Origin: Vermamoeba vermiformis
Lineage: Eukaryota
Direction: 5' to 3'
NCBI GenBank assembly: GCA_045837725.1
Contig: JBEWZL010000260.1
Location: forward strand, 558,001-622,000
DNA length: 64,000 nucleotides
Both the position numbers and the translations under genes were made by a program. The stretch's first letter is position 1. Every line of letters starts with the position of its first letter. Of this stretch, positions 1 through 12,233 are shown piece after piece. The notes below the pieces were generated by a model. It had not been told where the DNA came from. It was given only the letters and a program-made list of their open reading frames with translations, and did no database searches.

Positions 1-2154
1 CACCGATCAGTGTTGCTGATTCCTAACGGTACGAATGCAAAGATTAATACCCACTAGACTGTATATATTTGCAGATCATACATCTTTGAGACCACCCAAT
101 CGCTTGCTTAGCTCTTCTTTGCTCTTCTCTGCTTTACTAAGTTTGATTTGAAGATCACTCTTCTCAGTCTTCAGCTGATTGATCTCTGAGCTGACGTTGC
201 GGGCCTGATCTCGCGCATTAATTTGTTCGTCGATGCGTTGCAAGAACATATGTCGCTCTTCAGGGCTTGCAAGCTTGGCTGACAGTGAGTCCTTCAGGGT
301 CAATTCGCGCTCTTGATATTTTCTGCACCAACGCGTCAGTATATAGTGTGGATGTTATTTAATACTACGTACTTTTCTCTGCGCTCGTGCTCAAAGATAG
401 TGTGTTGCAATTTCTTGACAAGATTGGTCAGATCTTTGCAGCCCGGACAGTTCTTCTCGGGGTCAGCGCGGTACCGTTCCATTTCACCGTTCACATTGTC
501 CAGATCTGACTTGAGTTGTTGATTTTCAATGCGCAGAGCACTCAACGTCGTCATCAAATCAGAGATCTTCAGATTGGTGATGATTTCCTTAATAGTCTTC
601 AGTGTCGTCGGGATGTGTTGTTCAAAGAGCTCGCCAAAACTTCCTTTTTTAGCCAATATGCCATCAATAACCTCAGCATCGATCACATTGCCGCGGTGCA
701 GTTCTAGAGCCATGGCAGCGAGCTTTGTCTTGAGCTGATTGCGCTCTTGCACGAGCTGTTTGAACTCAGTGAGCTGTCCGAGCACGAACTGATTGAGCTT
801 GTCCTCCATCTTCTTGTCGCGCTGACTCAACTGCACGTCACGCAGCTGCTTCAACTGCTCGCTGTTCGCTAGCTGCTCTTGTTTCAAGCTCTCAATGGTG
901 TGCGCGTGGTTGGCAATGGTCTGTTCGCACGACTGCACTTGTTGGCGCAGAGACAAGTAATACGCAGTCTTTTGGAACAGGTCGTCAGTCGGATTCGTGA
1001 CTTGCATTAGCAGCTCTTGGTTGGTGTTGCGCAACTGTTGATTCTCTTCTTCGAGCTTCTGAATCATGGCGTCTTTGTCTCGGTTCAACGCCTTGACAGT
1101 GTTGAGCTCCAACTCAATGTCCTGCAGTTGTCCTTGCTCGCCTGTCGCAGGTGTGCCATTGACATGTGTCACAGGCTCGCTGTTCGTCGGACCATTGCTG
1201 TTCTCATTCACCACTGCAGAGCTGGCACCCGACGGCTTCAGTCCATTCAGACGATCGATTTCCAACTCCAATTTAGCCTGAATATTGTTAGCACGCTGCA
1301 GTCTCTTGAGCACGAGGTCATGCTCATCGCGCAGCTGTTGCATCTCAGTGCGCAGGTGTGCCAGATCGCTCTCTTGCGCCGAGTGTGTGCTGCGCTGGGC
1401 CAGGTACTCGCTGCTCGGTGAAGTGCCGCGGCTCTGATACACGTGCACCACTGCGTCTTTCATGCGCTTCAGTTGTGCTTGCAATACTTGGCGCGTGGCT
1501 TGATAGTCGTCGATATTAATGCGCGCGTCGTTGTTGTTGTTGACGTCGCCGTTCTCAGACAGATCATCGTCTAGGTTAGCAAACGAGGGGAAGGCAGCAA
1601 TGTTCGTTTGATCTTTCAGAATAGCCTCCAAAAAATCGTTTGAAGGGCCATTTGAGGCATTTTGCTCTCCTGCCACTGCTGCGATGTCGTCTAGCGTCTA
1701 CAAAAATAATTATTAAAATTTTACTTTTCTTCTATTTTATTCTGGTAATCACACAATTACTCTAAAAATAATTACTCTTATATGTGTGTCATTTGAAAAT
1801 TATTATAAACAATTTTTCCTACCTGCTGCAATAGATGTGCCACGAAATTTAATTGGTCAAAGAAGAATAAGCCCGTTGTTTCTTTTGCTTTGACTAAATT
1901 TCGTAATCTTATTATTTCTTTTTTATTTTCTTGGAATTTAGCAAACAGCTCTCGGTTTTGGGCTTTGAGCAGATTCAGATCGAAGTTCTCTGTCTATTTA
2001 AATAACACCGTCAATAAGTATTCAAATATAATATGGTATAAATTATTATGCATACTTGAAAGAGGCTACTCATGGAGAGCGAGCTCTTTAGCCTCTTTGC
2101 AGCGGGCTCGGAGTCAGATGAACCCACAGAGCTCGCTAATCGCTTCATGGCCAT
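1..2154 (-). CDS. BRE1/HUB1-like long coiled-coil protein (putative H2B ubiquitin ligase); 3' end runs off the window
   Basis: Spliced N-terminus MAMKRLASS..EPAAKRLK / ENFDLNLLKAQNRELFAKFQENKKEIIRLRNLV..HLLQQ/TLDDI resembles the BRE1/RNF20 N-terminus. Long coiled-coil exons follow (336-1700, 76-303). The RING domain is not in the window. Confidence 0.5.
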
Positions 2155-2275
2155 TATTCAAATTAATAATTAATGACCAGTGCTATTGTGTTCATCGCCG
2201 CAAAAAAACACAAAACGAGCGCAATTTTTCCTTTTTGTACGAAACGCGATCCGAATGGCCACTGCGTATATTCGA

Positions 2276-4484
2276 CTACAACGAAGTGTCCTGGAACTCG
2301 TACTCGACTATCAACTGATGCACGCTCATCAACTTGTCGCTCTTGAGCTGGTCCAACTTCTTAAAAGCGGATTGGAGGTGCGCGATCGAGGTGAAGTTGA
2401 AGCCCAGGGGCTCGGCATCGTGAATGCGCATCAGGAGTGTCTTGTAGGTAAACACGAGCAACAAGTACTTGGCATCGTGCAGCGAGGAGAGCTTGGTGTG
2501 CAGGTACTTGTGCTTGAGCTCTTGGAAGATGTACTCGTCAAAGTCGTACGTGGTCATCATCGTGCGCTGCATCATCTCGCGCGCTATCTGACGCACCACA
2601 CCGCTCACTTGCGGCACTTCAATCTCGCGCATAAAGTCGAAGATGTGATACGTGCGTGTTGTGTCGCGCTTGGTGAAGTGTGCGGCACTCGCCAGGGCCT
2701 GCAGTTTGACACGCGCTTGTTCTGCCGCGTCGAATGCGCCTGTCATGTAGCAGAGCTCAATGTATTTGAGCAGCACCAGTTCGTATATGGCGTAGTGGCC
2801 TGACAACTTGCGCTTGATCAGTGTCAATATGCTCGTCACGTGCTCTGCGGTGAACGGATCTGCAATCACGAGCCGATCGCGATTGGATATGTTGCGATGA
2901 AATATCTCGCTGTAATAGCTGCTCTTCAAATCGTGACTGTGAATCACCAGCTCTGAGAGTTGTCGCACACACTCGTCACGTGCTGATTGGAGCCCTGGTT
3001 GATTGTGCAGCTGTTCCAGTGCGGCAATCTGCTGCGTGGCTACTTGAATGTGTCGCTCGTAGAATTCGTTGATAATGCGCATTTCTAACAAAACAACGCG
3101 TTACTCAGAGCTCTAAGCAGTGCGGCACGAGTGTACTACCTTCGAAACACATCTCAATCTTGCCGAGTTTGACTGCGAGGCCCAAGAATGGCAACACCAC
3201 CTGTCTGCAAGAGATGTCAATCGCAGCTCAACGAAACTCTTGTACGACTGCTGCTATCATAGTAATAAACTATTCTAGTAACGCGATGACACGTACTCGT
3301 TGTAGAACTCGCACAGGTGAAATGCAATGTGATAGGCGTGGAATGCTTTGACGAACTCCTGATGATTGAAGTAGTTGCTGCCCTTGAGCCAATAGGCCTC
3401 GTAGAATGACGGGTTGATGGCAATCACTGCATCGCAGTCTTCGAGGGAAGACGCAATTTGATTGGTGAAGTAGCGCAGATCTGCGCGATTGATGCGTGCT
3501 TTGATGAAGTACGGACACCCCTCTAGTGCTTGGGTGAAGTGCTTGTCTGCGCGATCATCTTCTCTACAATGCGTATTAAATATCAATAACAAGAATCAAT
3601 AGGGACTGCTGTCGTGCTTAACACGTACTGTCGCAGAAAATAAGTGTAGCCAATGTTGTTATGCACCATGTAGTGAGCCTGCAATGCTAAGCATTAGCAA
3701 ACAAAATTATAATGGTAATTAGCTAATTACATCGTAGGGCATGGTCAATATCTTAAAATAGTCGTCCAATTCTCTCTGATCTGACTCTTCATCTCCACCC
3801 TGAGCAAGTGAAGCTTGAACGTATGCTGTAATAACATTAACAACACATTTGGAAGCTTTCATGTAATAGTCAATCTACCTCGCTGGTGGTAGTAACGTGG
3901 ATTCGCAGGATCGAGTTGAACGGCATTGTTAGCAGCTTCCCAGGCTTGTTTATTCTTGCCTTCCATGCAGTATATACTCGACAATATGAGCTGCTGCTTA
4001 GCCGGTTTGTTGCAACACTGAAGAGCGCGTACCAAGTCATAATAGGCAGCTACATATTCATACGTGTGCGAGAAGCAGTCGCTGCGCTTGCGCCATGCTT
4101 TGTAACTGTTGGGGAACAGCGCTAATATGCGATTGAATGCTATCTAGGACCTGTGTGAGCTCAGATGTCAAAACAATTACCAACGTACTAAAGCTTCGAT
4201 ATAATTGTCCTTTCTCAACTGCACTATTGCTCGCTCTTGTAGTTTTCGCGCCTGTTGAATATGAAAATTATTATTATTTGTGGAAATATTAAACTGGCTT
4301 TGATCTGCCACAACACAACACGCACCAGTTTGAGGGACTTGCTCTTAGCAATGCGTTGAAAGCGTCTGCAAGTCCATGCCATGTAATAAATCGTCATTGC
4401 ATCGCACAACGAGTAGATGTAGAGCACTAGCTCGTCCATCATGCCCACAAGTGTTGGTGTCCAAGACACATCTGTGTGCTCCAT
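2276..4484 (-). CDS. F-box plus TPR-repeat protein (multi-exon)
   Basis: N-terminal F-box (LVGMMDELVLYIYSLCDAMTIYYMAWTCRRFQRIA), TPR motifs (ARINRADLRY..AIAINPSFYEAYWLKG), and a helical C-terminal exon at 2276-3090. Confidence 0.65.
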
Positions 4485-4621
4485 AGTTAATTAATAACTA
4501 TAGGTGTAATTAATGGCTAGTGTACAATAAGTGACGCAGCCTGACTGGTGCTCTAGCAATCGAAGCAACAAACAATTTAATTTCTTCACACACGTCAAAC
4601 ACTAGCACAGCACTGCACATC

Positions 4622-5210
4622 ATGAGCGTTAATAATAAGACCAATACTAATAATAACATGAACCAAAACAAAAAGCGCAAAGCTAGTCACGCACCAGAGC
4701 AAGAGCGCGGACCCAAAAAACAAAAGCAGATCCAACCCGATCCCGCTGCTAAACAAACCAGTACAAACGAAATCGACGATATATTCTCAAAAAAAAATAC
4801 CAAAAATAATGAGAACGCTCCTGCACAGCAAAAAACTGCTGGATCCAAGCAAAAAGGTCAATCCCCCAAAGCGACAACACAGAAGAAACCAAATACAAAC
4901 AGTAGTAAAGGCGACGATATATTTTGGAAGGACAGTCGCGGTACTATGAAGGCTAATCGTAAGTGAGAAACAGTCCAGATTGATCTGTCGCTGACAACTT
5001 CATACAGGTAAATACACTGAGGATGGTTTGCCTGTGTACAGCGAAGATGAATTAAATATTGGCAAGGGAGGAGGTATGCGGGAATATTGCCTATTTACAA
5101 GTGAAAATCATTTACAAAAAAGATTAGTGGCACCACATCCACCAACGCGTTATTAACCGCTCTCGCTAGATACTCCGCTGTGTCCCTTCGACTGCACGTG
5201 CTGCTACTAG
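4622..5210 (+). CDS. DUF1764-family Lys-rich protein
   Basis: Three exons; the C-terminus RKYTEDGLPVYSEDELNIGKGG-DTPLCPFDCTCCY* is the family signature. Confidence 0.8.
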
Positions 5211-5220
5211 GCGAAGAGCA

Positions 5221-7376
5221 CTAGGTGTGTTCGGTAGAGGCAGTGCAGCTCGTGGCTGTGGTGAGCTTGTAGAGCACCAAGAAGACGAGTGAGTGCAGCA
5301 GAATGGAGTAGCCGAGCAAGAACATGCGCGTGTACGTGTTCTTGAAGAACAGCTGGCCACCGCGGTAGATGACGCGCTCTGCTGGATTCAGTCGCTTGTA
5401 CTGCTGCTGCTTCTCCTGTTCATGCGTGTTAATATATATATGTAAATAGTGTTGTGTCGGGTTATTATTGCGCGACTACAGTACCTTGCGATTGAATGCA
5501 GTGAACGGATTGACGCTCTCTTCGTACATCTTCTTGTACTTGTCCTCCACATTGTCCTCGTCACCGCGCTCAATGTCACCGCGGTCTCGATTCACCAGCG
5601 TGTTGCTAGCAGTGTGTGGAGGCGCAGTGGTGTTGTACGATTGAATGAAGCGAATGCGCTCGTACAGCTTGACGTTGTCTTTCTTCACCGCCTGCACTTC
5701 AAGCTGCACGGTCTTGAGCTGTTCGTGCACGGCTCTATTCTCTTCTTCGAGCTCAATGATGCGCTGCTTGAATCGATCGCGCTGTTGCAGCACAATGCTC
5801 AGCATGGACTGGTCTTGCGCACTGCTCGCACTCGCACTTTCACTCGCATTATCGCTCGGCAGTTGACCAGGTGTGCCCAGCAGTCGCGGTGCAGCACTCG
5901 GTCCCTGTTGCGATGCAGCGAGATCTTCTTCGAGCTTGCTGATCAGTCGTCGCTGTTCACTCAGCGTCACCTCTTGCTGCTCGCTCTTCTTCACTGCCTC
6001 GCTCAGCCGTCGTTCGCTGTCACTCGCGCGACTCTTCAGCTCCATCACTTGCGTCTCCAGTCGCTTGTTCTTCTCGCGCAGCGCACTCTCCACACTCTCT
6101 GCACTCTGCTCGTTGTAGCCCAGGGCATCGAACAGCTCTGCTTTCTTCTTCACTTCGCGCCACTCCTCTTCGCTGGGACGAGTGCGCAGGGTGTCATTCA
6201 GCGCATGTATTCGCTCTTGCAGCTCATCGCGCACACGACTCTGTTCGCGTTGCATCTGTTCGTGCTCGTGCTGCAGTGCTGCGTGCTCGTGCTCCACGCT
6301 CTTCAGCTGCGCACTCAACGACTCCAACTGCGCATCTTTCTCCGCTAATTCCACTTCCCACTGAGTTGTTCCGCGCTCTTGACTTCCAGGGCTGTCACGT
6401 GCTATTTTTAGCTCGCGTGTCAACTCGTTGTTCTCACGCTCCAGTGTCGTGACACGTGTCGCAGTGCGTTCCAACTCGACGACCAACAGATCCATTTCGC
6501 TCTGTTTCGCAGTGAGCTGCTGATTGATCTGCGTCCTCGTCTGATAGAGCTGTTGTTCGGTGATCTGTTGGTGCTCTTTGGCTGCACTCAGTTGATCACG
6601 TGCTCCACTCAGCGCCGCACTCAACTCGCGCTCGCGTTCAGCGGCCTCTTCCAGCTGACGACTCCACTGCTCATTCAACACGCGCTCATTCTCACGCACG
6701 CGCTCGGCAATCATGGACTCGAGCTGTTGTTCGTACTGCGCTAAGTTGTCTTCTAAGCGGCGGATGGTGACCTCTTGGTTCTGAATCTCTTGAAACTCTT
6801 TGCGAAACGAAGCCAATTCATTGCTTAGCTTTGTGTTTTCAATTTCAAGTTGATTAGTACGCTGCGCTTTGGCAATGAGTTGAGCTGCAGCTGAGAGTGC
6901 GGCTGATGGATCTGTCAAAGTGGCGATCGACTTGTACATTTCCAAGTAACAATTTTCAGCCTCTTTGGCACGGGTAGTCAGTCGGTCTATTTCTTGTTGA
7001 TAGCGCTTAATTATGGGCTTCACGACTCGTCCTTGTTCTTCTGTTAATTGTTTTCCAAATTCTGAAAATCACTATTATTATTACATATCCTCATATAATA
7101 TAATAATAGCCCTGTAATATTTAAAAATAGTGCAGACAGAGAAAGGAAAATTAAATGATTCTTTTACGCATTACTTTTTGTCTCTTCAACGAGGGCTGTT
7201 CTCGCAGGCACACTTTGCTCTTGATTTTCCGCTATTTTAGCTGCATGGCCATCGTATATAACGCGCTTAGACTCCAAGTCGAATTCTAGAACAGATCAGT
7301 CAATATCGTAGCGCAAACTAAACGAGATCCAACCTTTCCAGAATGACAAGGCCGATAATATTGCCGAGTCGTTCAT
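5221..7376 (-). CDS. CASP: CASP/Coy1 golgin (CUX1 N-terminal-like coiled coil, C-terminal TM)
   Basis: N-terminal SFWK; IIKRYQQEIDRLTTRAKEAE; SMLSIVLQQRDRFKQR; DNVKLYERIRFIQSY; YEESVNPF; TM with conserved Tyr/His (GYSILLHSLVFLVLY). Confidence 0.9.
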
Positions 7377-7596
7377 TCTTGGGCATGTGCGTTGTTGTAA
7401 TTACTATGCACTTGTTCTGTACTAGTAAAATTGGTCTTGGTGCAATTTGACAACCTGGCACCTTAGAAGGCACGCACAGCTACACCGGACGCAGCCGAAC
7501 ATCACTACACTAACAACGAGTCTACAACAGTTTACTATGGAAAGCTATGTACACATGCAAGTAAGATGTAAAATGTAAGTCTTTAGATGGCCCCGT

Positions 7597-10218
7597 CTAT
7601 GCACTGGAGGCTCTATTCGTGGTGCCATAGACGACGGACAGAAAGTTGAGACGCGTGTAGGCAACATTTGTAATGTACGGCTTCAAGTAATAGACTTTCT
7701 TCGCGTGAAACAACGGAATGACAGGTGCAGCTGCATGCAACCATTAGAGCGACAGCTGCGTAACAGAACAAGCGTACCTTGTAGGATAATCCTCTCAGCT
7801 CGCTCTATCAGCTGTGCAACCCTCGCGCGATCGTCCATAGCGCTAAAGTGCTCAATTTGTTCGACTATCTCTTTGTACTCGTGGTTCTCCCAATAGGAGT
7901 TGTTGGTGCGATCGAGGCCGTCTTTGAATAGCGAGAGGAAGGTGGCAGGGTCGTAGTAATCTGCGAACCACAGTCGGCGACAAACTTGATAATGTTGACT
8001 GCGGTATTGTGCAACCAATGCCGTCAGCTCCTTGATATCTATTGCCGCGATATTAATTCATAATGCAGCAAAATACCAGGTGTGCGTACCTGTGTCCCAC
8101 GGCACAAACTTGACTTTCGTGTACAGCTGCTCAATGATAGCACTTGCAACTGCCCGGTCAACAGCTTGATTGACCGTTGAGAGTCTGAAATTCTCAGCAG
8201 TGACTTTCGCAATGTAGGTGAAGTTGATCTCCGATTTGGTTGGCTCTCGTCCCTGATTTCGTATATAATCCTCGCGAACAAAATCGGCGAAGCGCTGCAG
8301 TGCAGTGGTGGTGTCGTGCGCTAAAATGGTTGGCGGAACCTGTTCAGCCATGTAAGCCGAGACTCGCGGTACCAGTCCCTTGGCAGCTTCGAAGCCATCA
8401 AATTGGTGCTGCTTGTCAGTCTGCAATTTGGCGATAATTTGCTCGCGGTCTGATGGCGCACGATTAATTAGCCGCACGTGCGCACACTTCACTCTACGTA
8501 CCAATCGAGTGTGCCACGGTTTGGCGCAGGAGTTCGTGCCTCCACACTGGATGACGCGTGTCAAATATGAGCATGTAAATGGCGTCCAGTGGCTGATATT
8601 TGCAACCTCTCATTGTTCCGCGACCGCTAACGAATTCACAAGCAGGGCTGCCGTAAAGGTCTAACGCACCTTCATAGTATTTCAGGTACTCCATCGACTC
8701 GTTCCATCGCTTCATCTCTATTCTTGCAAAGTGCACGTTGGAGCAGTTCCAAAAGTAATCGTTTCGACGCAGAACGATGGTAGTCCGGTCAGAGCGCTGC
8801 TCGTCAATGCAAAATGGACCGCAGCCAATGAATGGACGGCGCTCGTGAGCACTTGCTTCGAAGCCATGCAGCGTGTACGGCCTGTCGTTGCGAAATGTGG
8901 CGTGTACTGGCAGGAAGGGCGGTCTCGCTACAATGGACTGCACGGACAAGACAGACATGGCTCTGGCGGTGACGATGTAGAATTGAGTGGCGTTCACGAG
9001 TTGAATGCCCAAGCGATCCTCAGGTATCCTGCCCTCTGGCATCGAATGAGTCGCGCGATATTGACGCTTGCTTAAGTGTTACCTGCATAGTCTTTCGCGT
9101 TGTGTATAAAAAAGAAATGCGACACTAGTTCGACGCCCAGCTGTTGGTGATATTTGAGCACATTCTTCCAACTCTCAACAAAGTCTGTCGCTGTCACTGG
9201 ACTGCCATCGGACCATTTGGCATCGTTGCGTATGGTGAATATAATGGCATTCATTCCCTGATAAGGGCCACTGCAACAACGATGAGCTCAATTAACTGCA
9301 AATACACTTACCATTCCATGCTCGTGCACATCGATGGCTGCACAGTGCTAGCACAATCGACGCGGAACAGTCCATCGCCCAGCATGTCAGCCAGTGTAAA
9401 CTCCACGGGATTGCTGGCCCGTCGGATGTCAGTGCGACAAGGGCCCTCCTGCAGCACAAGCGTCACTTATCAGACACTGAATGAGACGCTAATCGGCTTA
9501 CCCCAATGGCAAAGCGAAAGCAATGCGCAACAGGCCGCAACACATCTTCAGGCTCCAGAAATGAGGTCTTGTCAAATTGTTGCGTCAGTTGTGCCACGTC
9601 GTCCGTCCGTGGTGCCGCGACCTTTTGTTTCTTCTTTTTCGGCTCTGGCGACGGCATGCAGCAAATTTGGGCAGGAGGTAGCCCGTCCTTATTAATCTCA
9701 TTGTTGTACTTCGTTTTGCTTACAATCCTGACGAGTGAGCTGTAGCGAGTGAAGCGCTGTTGTACTTCCAAATGCAAATCATCGCATTTTTCCAACGTGA
9801 ACGAGAAGTAGAATGCCGACACCAAGCCTGCATTGCCTTTCTTCGTCTGAAAGTCGTTTGAGCGATTTTTGCTGCTAATCTTCAGAAGAACGCCTTCGGG
9901 ATCTTGGTGAGGACTGCAAGAAACCACTCTAAATTGGAGTGGAGGAGGGTTCGGGTGGCGCACAGCGTTGGCTGCATAAGCTATTTCCATGCGAACCTTC
10001 AGATTGTAGATCTCCGTATTCGACATGGTCAGCACGAGGGTCTGTTCTGGTGCTTCGTTATTGGGCGAAGTAAGGCCAATGTGCGTGACCTTTGCACCGG
10101 GGATGAATGGCTCCGTTTCGAATATCCAGACTAACACATGGGTGTTTAAGGGGCGACATATGTCTGGGTTTGAATCCTGCAAAGAAGGTTCGGATTCTCG
10201 TCTGACGTGCGGGATCAT
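7597..10218 (-). CDS. Fusion protein (~776 aa): putative Ig-fold DNA-binding domain + NLS + OppA-like solute-binding protein family 5 domain
   Basis: Six GT-AG introns (9449-9501, 9271-9311, 9036-9082, 8450-8501, 8039-8089, 7731-7777) give one continuous frame. SBP5 motifs: FTIRNDAKWSDGSPVTATDF, GCGPF, SIDREQII, RRLWFADYYDPATFLSLF..NNSYWEN, AERIILQAAPVIPLF. Exon 1 carries PKKKKQKV and no signal peptide. Confidence 0.8.
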
Positions 10219-10680
10219 GATTTGTGATCTTTGTGTCTGTTGAACAAATAATAATTTAGTCACGCAATTACTTTTATACGTCGTATGCCTACAAAGTTCA
10301 AGCAAAATCCAACGAAATTAAGAGAAACAAATTAACAAGTTGGATTCGCCACGGTGCTACGAAAAGTGCCCGAAAATTTGTGTCAATAGCACAGAATCCT
10401 CCAAATTTACCTTGATAGTAAGTTTCAGTTTCAGCTTTCATCCTTTTTCGTTCAATTCTTTATCCGCAACGCTCGGAACTTTTGTCGAATTTTACGTTGG
10501 TAAACGCATCGCGACTTCTATTCTTACTTCGCTTTGTGTTTTCACGACAAATACTGTGGTTTTCTCATGTGAAAGATTGTGAACTGTTGTTGTCGGCGAG
10601 AATCTTAATTTCTTTCAATTTCGAGAACTATGTACAAATTTACTAAAACTAACTATACATTATCATAGTATTGAACTCCC

Positions 10681-11812
10681 TCAAGCCGAGTGTACGTTGA
10701 ACGAGGACATGAAATTGCTGATCAGGAAGTAGCTCAGCATCCGAACTTCGTCAGGACAGAGGATCGGTATTGCATTGGGCGATGGATTGCTCTTCTCGCT
10801 TGGCGTGCTGAACAACAGCGCCGGGTCCATGCACAGCGCTTGTTGTTGACACTCGGCCAAGTGCAGATCCAGCCTGTCGCTGTACATGTAGGGCGGCTGT
10901 TTTCCGTAACTCTTGCCCACCATGCGCACCAGCGGAGGGAAGGTAGTGTTGCGACCGAGCACAGCGTCGTGCAGCGTCAGAGTGGTGCGCAGGTGTTCGC
11001 GTATCTTGTCTCGGAACAGATTGAAGCGCTCCTCGGCGTGCCCACCAATGGACAGCAGCAAGTCAGGGCTCTGTCGCGCGTCACTGAACAGCGCCACATT
11101 GTCTTCGCTCACGTAGTCGCCGTGGAAGAACAGGTGCGTGAAGATGTAGTGCTTGGTGAGCGCTAGACGCTGTTCTGCTGTGAGTTGAGTGCCCGCTATA
11201 TGCGCAATCGTTAGTGCTGCAGTCAGTGCGTGGCGCAAGTATACCTGTCGCGGCACTCGTCAACTTGCGAGGCTTGGCCATCGTCTTGAGTGTGTCGAGC
11301 TCCTTCGCTGTGAATTCAATGTCAGCCAGTACGCTGTCCACGCACTCTTGCGAGGGTAGTAGCACGTGTTTTGCCTCGTGTAGTGCGTGCAGCTGGACGA
11401 ATGATATTCTGGCGGCGACATCAGGGGCGTGGGCGTGCACAAACTGCTGACAGAAAGCCATGCGCTCGGTGCTTAAGCGGTACACCTCTGTTGCGGCCAG
11501 CTCTGGGTTCACTTGCAAGGTCAGGTACGAGACGTCGATGACACGCACCACCACGCTCAGATTCGGCGCGACACTGCGGTATTTGTTGAACAGCCGCAGC
11601 AACAGGATCGCTGGCAAGATATAAATGATGGATCGAATTGATACGGGTGCCAATCCTCCGCCAAAAGAAATTGTGATAACAACAGAGTACTGTCGCTCGC
11701 TCTGACTTGCCACATCCAATATGTTTTCAAGTTCGCGAGGAGGTTCGCCTTTAAAGTAGTGCATCATACGGCGCAACTCCGTGCTAAATGAGGCCTGTGT
11801 AAGGTAAGCCAT
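10681..11812 (-). CDS. Uncharacterised ~360 aa enzyme-like protein, one intron
   Basis: ORFs 11081-11812 and 10681-11256 join in frame through a 49-nt intron at 11196-11244 (GTATAC...CTAAC...TAG). Alternating alpha/beta pattern with motifs YIFTHLFFHGD, LLSIGGHAEERFN, KQPPYMY. Confidence 0.7.
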
Positions 11813-12233
11813 ATTGCGCGTGATCGGGTGGGGATGTGTTTTGTTGTTTGTTAGCTTTTAAAAAAATGCATTGCCCCATTAAATTTATATACTCTTGTTC
11901 GTATTCTTTAGGGCAGTGGGTGGTCAAAAGGCCAGACCACCGAACTTTTAACGAAATTGCAGTGAAATGCACGTGCGTAATACTTGTCAATCGGCCAGCC
12001 TTAAAGGCGTAATAATTAATTATGTCATCACAGGAATTGCACCGGAAATTTGATTGGCTGTTCTGCTATGGTGGATCGAGATCAACGCAATCGCACTTAA
12101 AATAGCCAGGTAAGGGCCTTGTGTTTTCTTCCTGGGAGTTTTACTATGAATTTCCTTCACACATTAATCGTTTGCTGTTGTTGTTGTTGTTGCCCTTTAC
12201 TGACAGATTAACAGTAGCTTATTTGCAACAACA

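Noticed and set aside
7597-9450. Bacterial contamination or a decayed oppA pseudogene
   Set aside because: Every frame break coincides with a GT-AG intron of host-typical size, and the gene is contiguous with eukaryotic neighbours.
11190-11260. Apparent frameshift, pseudogene or programmed frameshift between two overlapping ORFs
   Set aside because: Resolved by a canonical 49-nt intron at 11196-11244.
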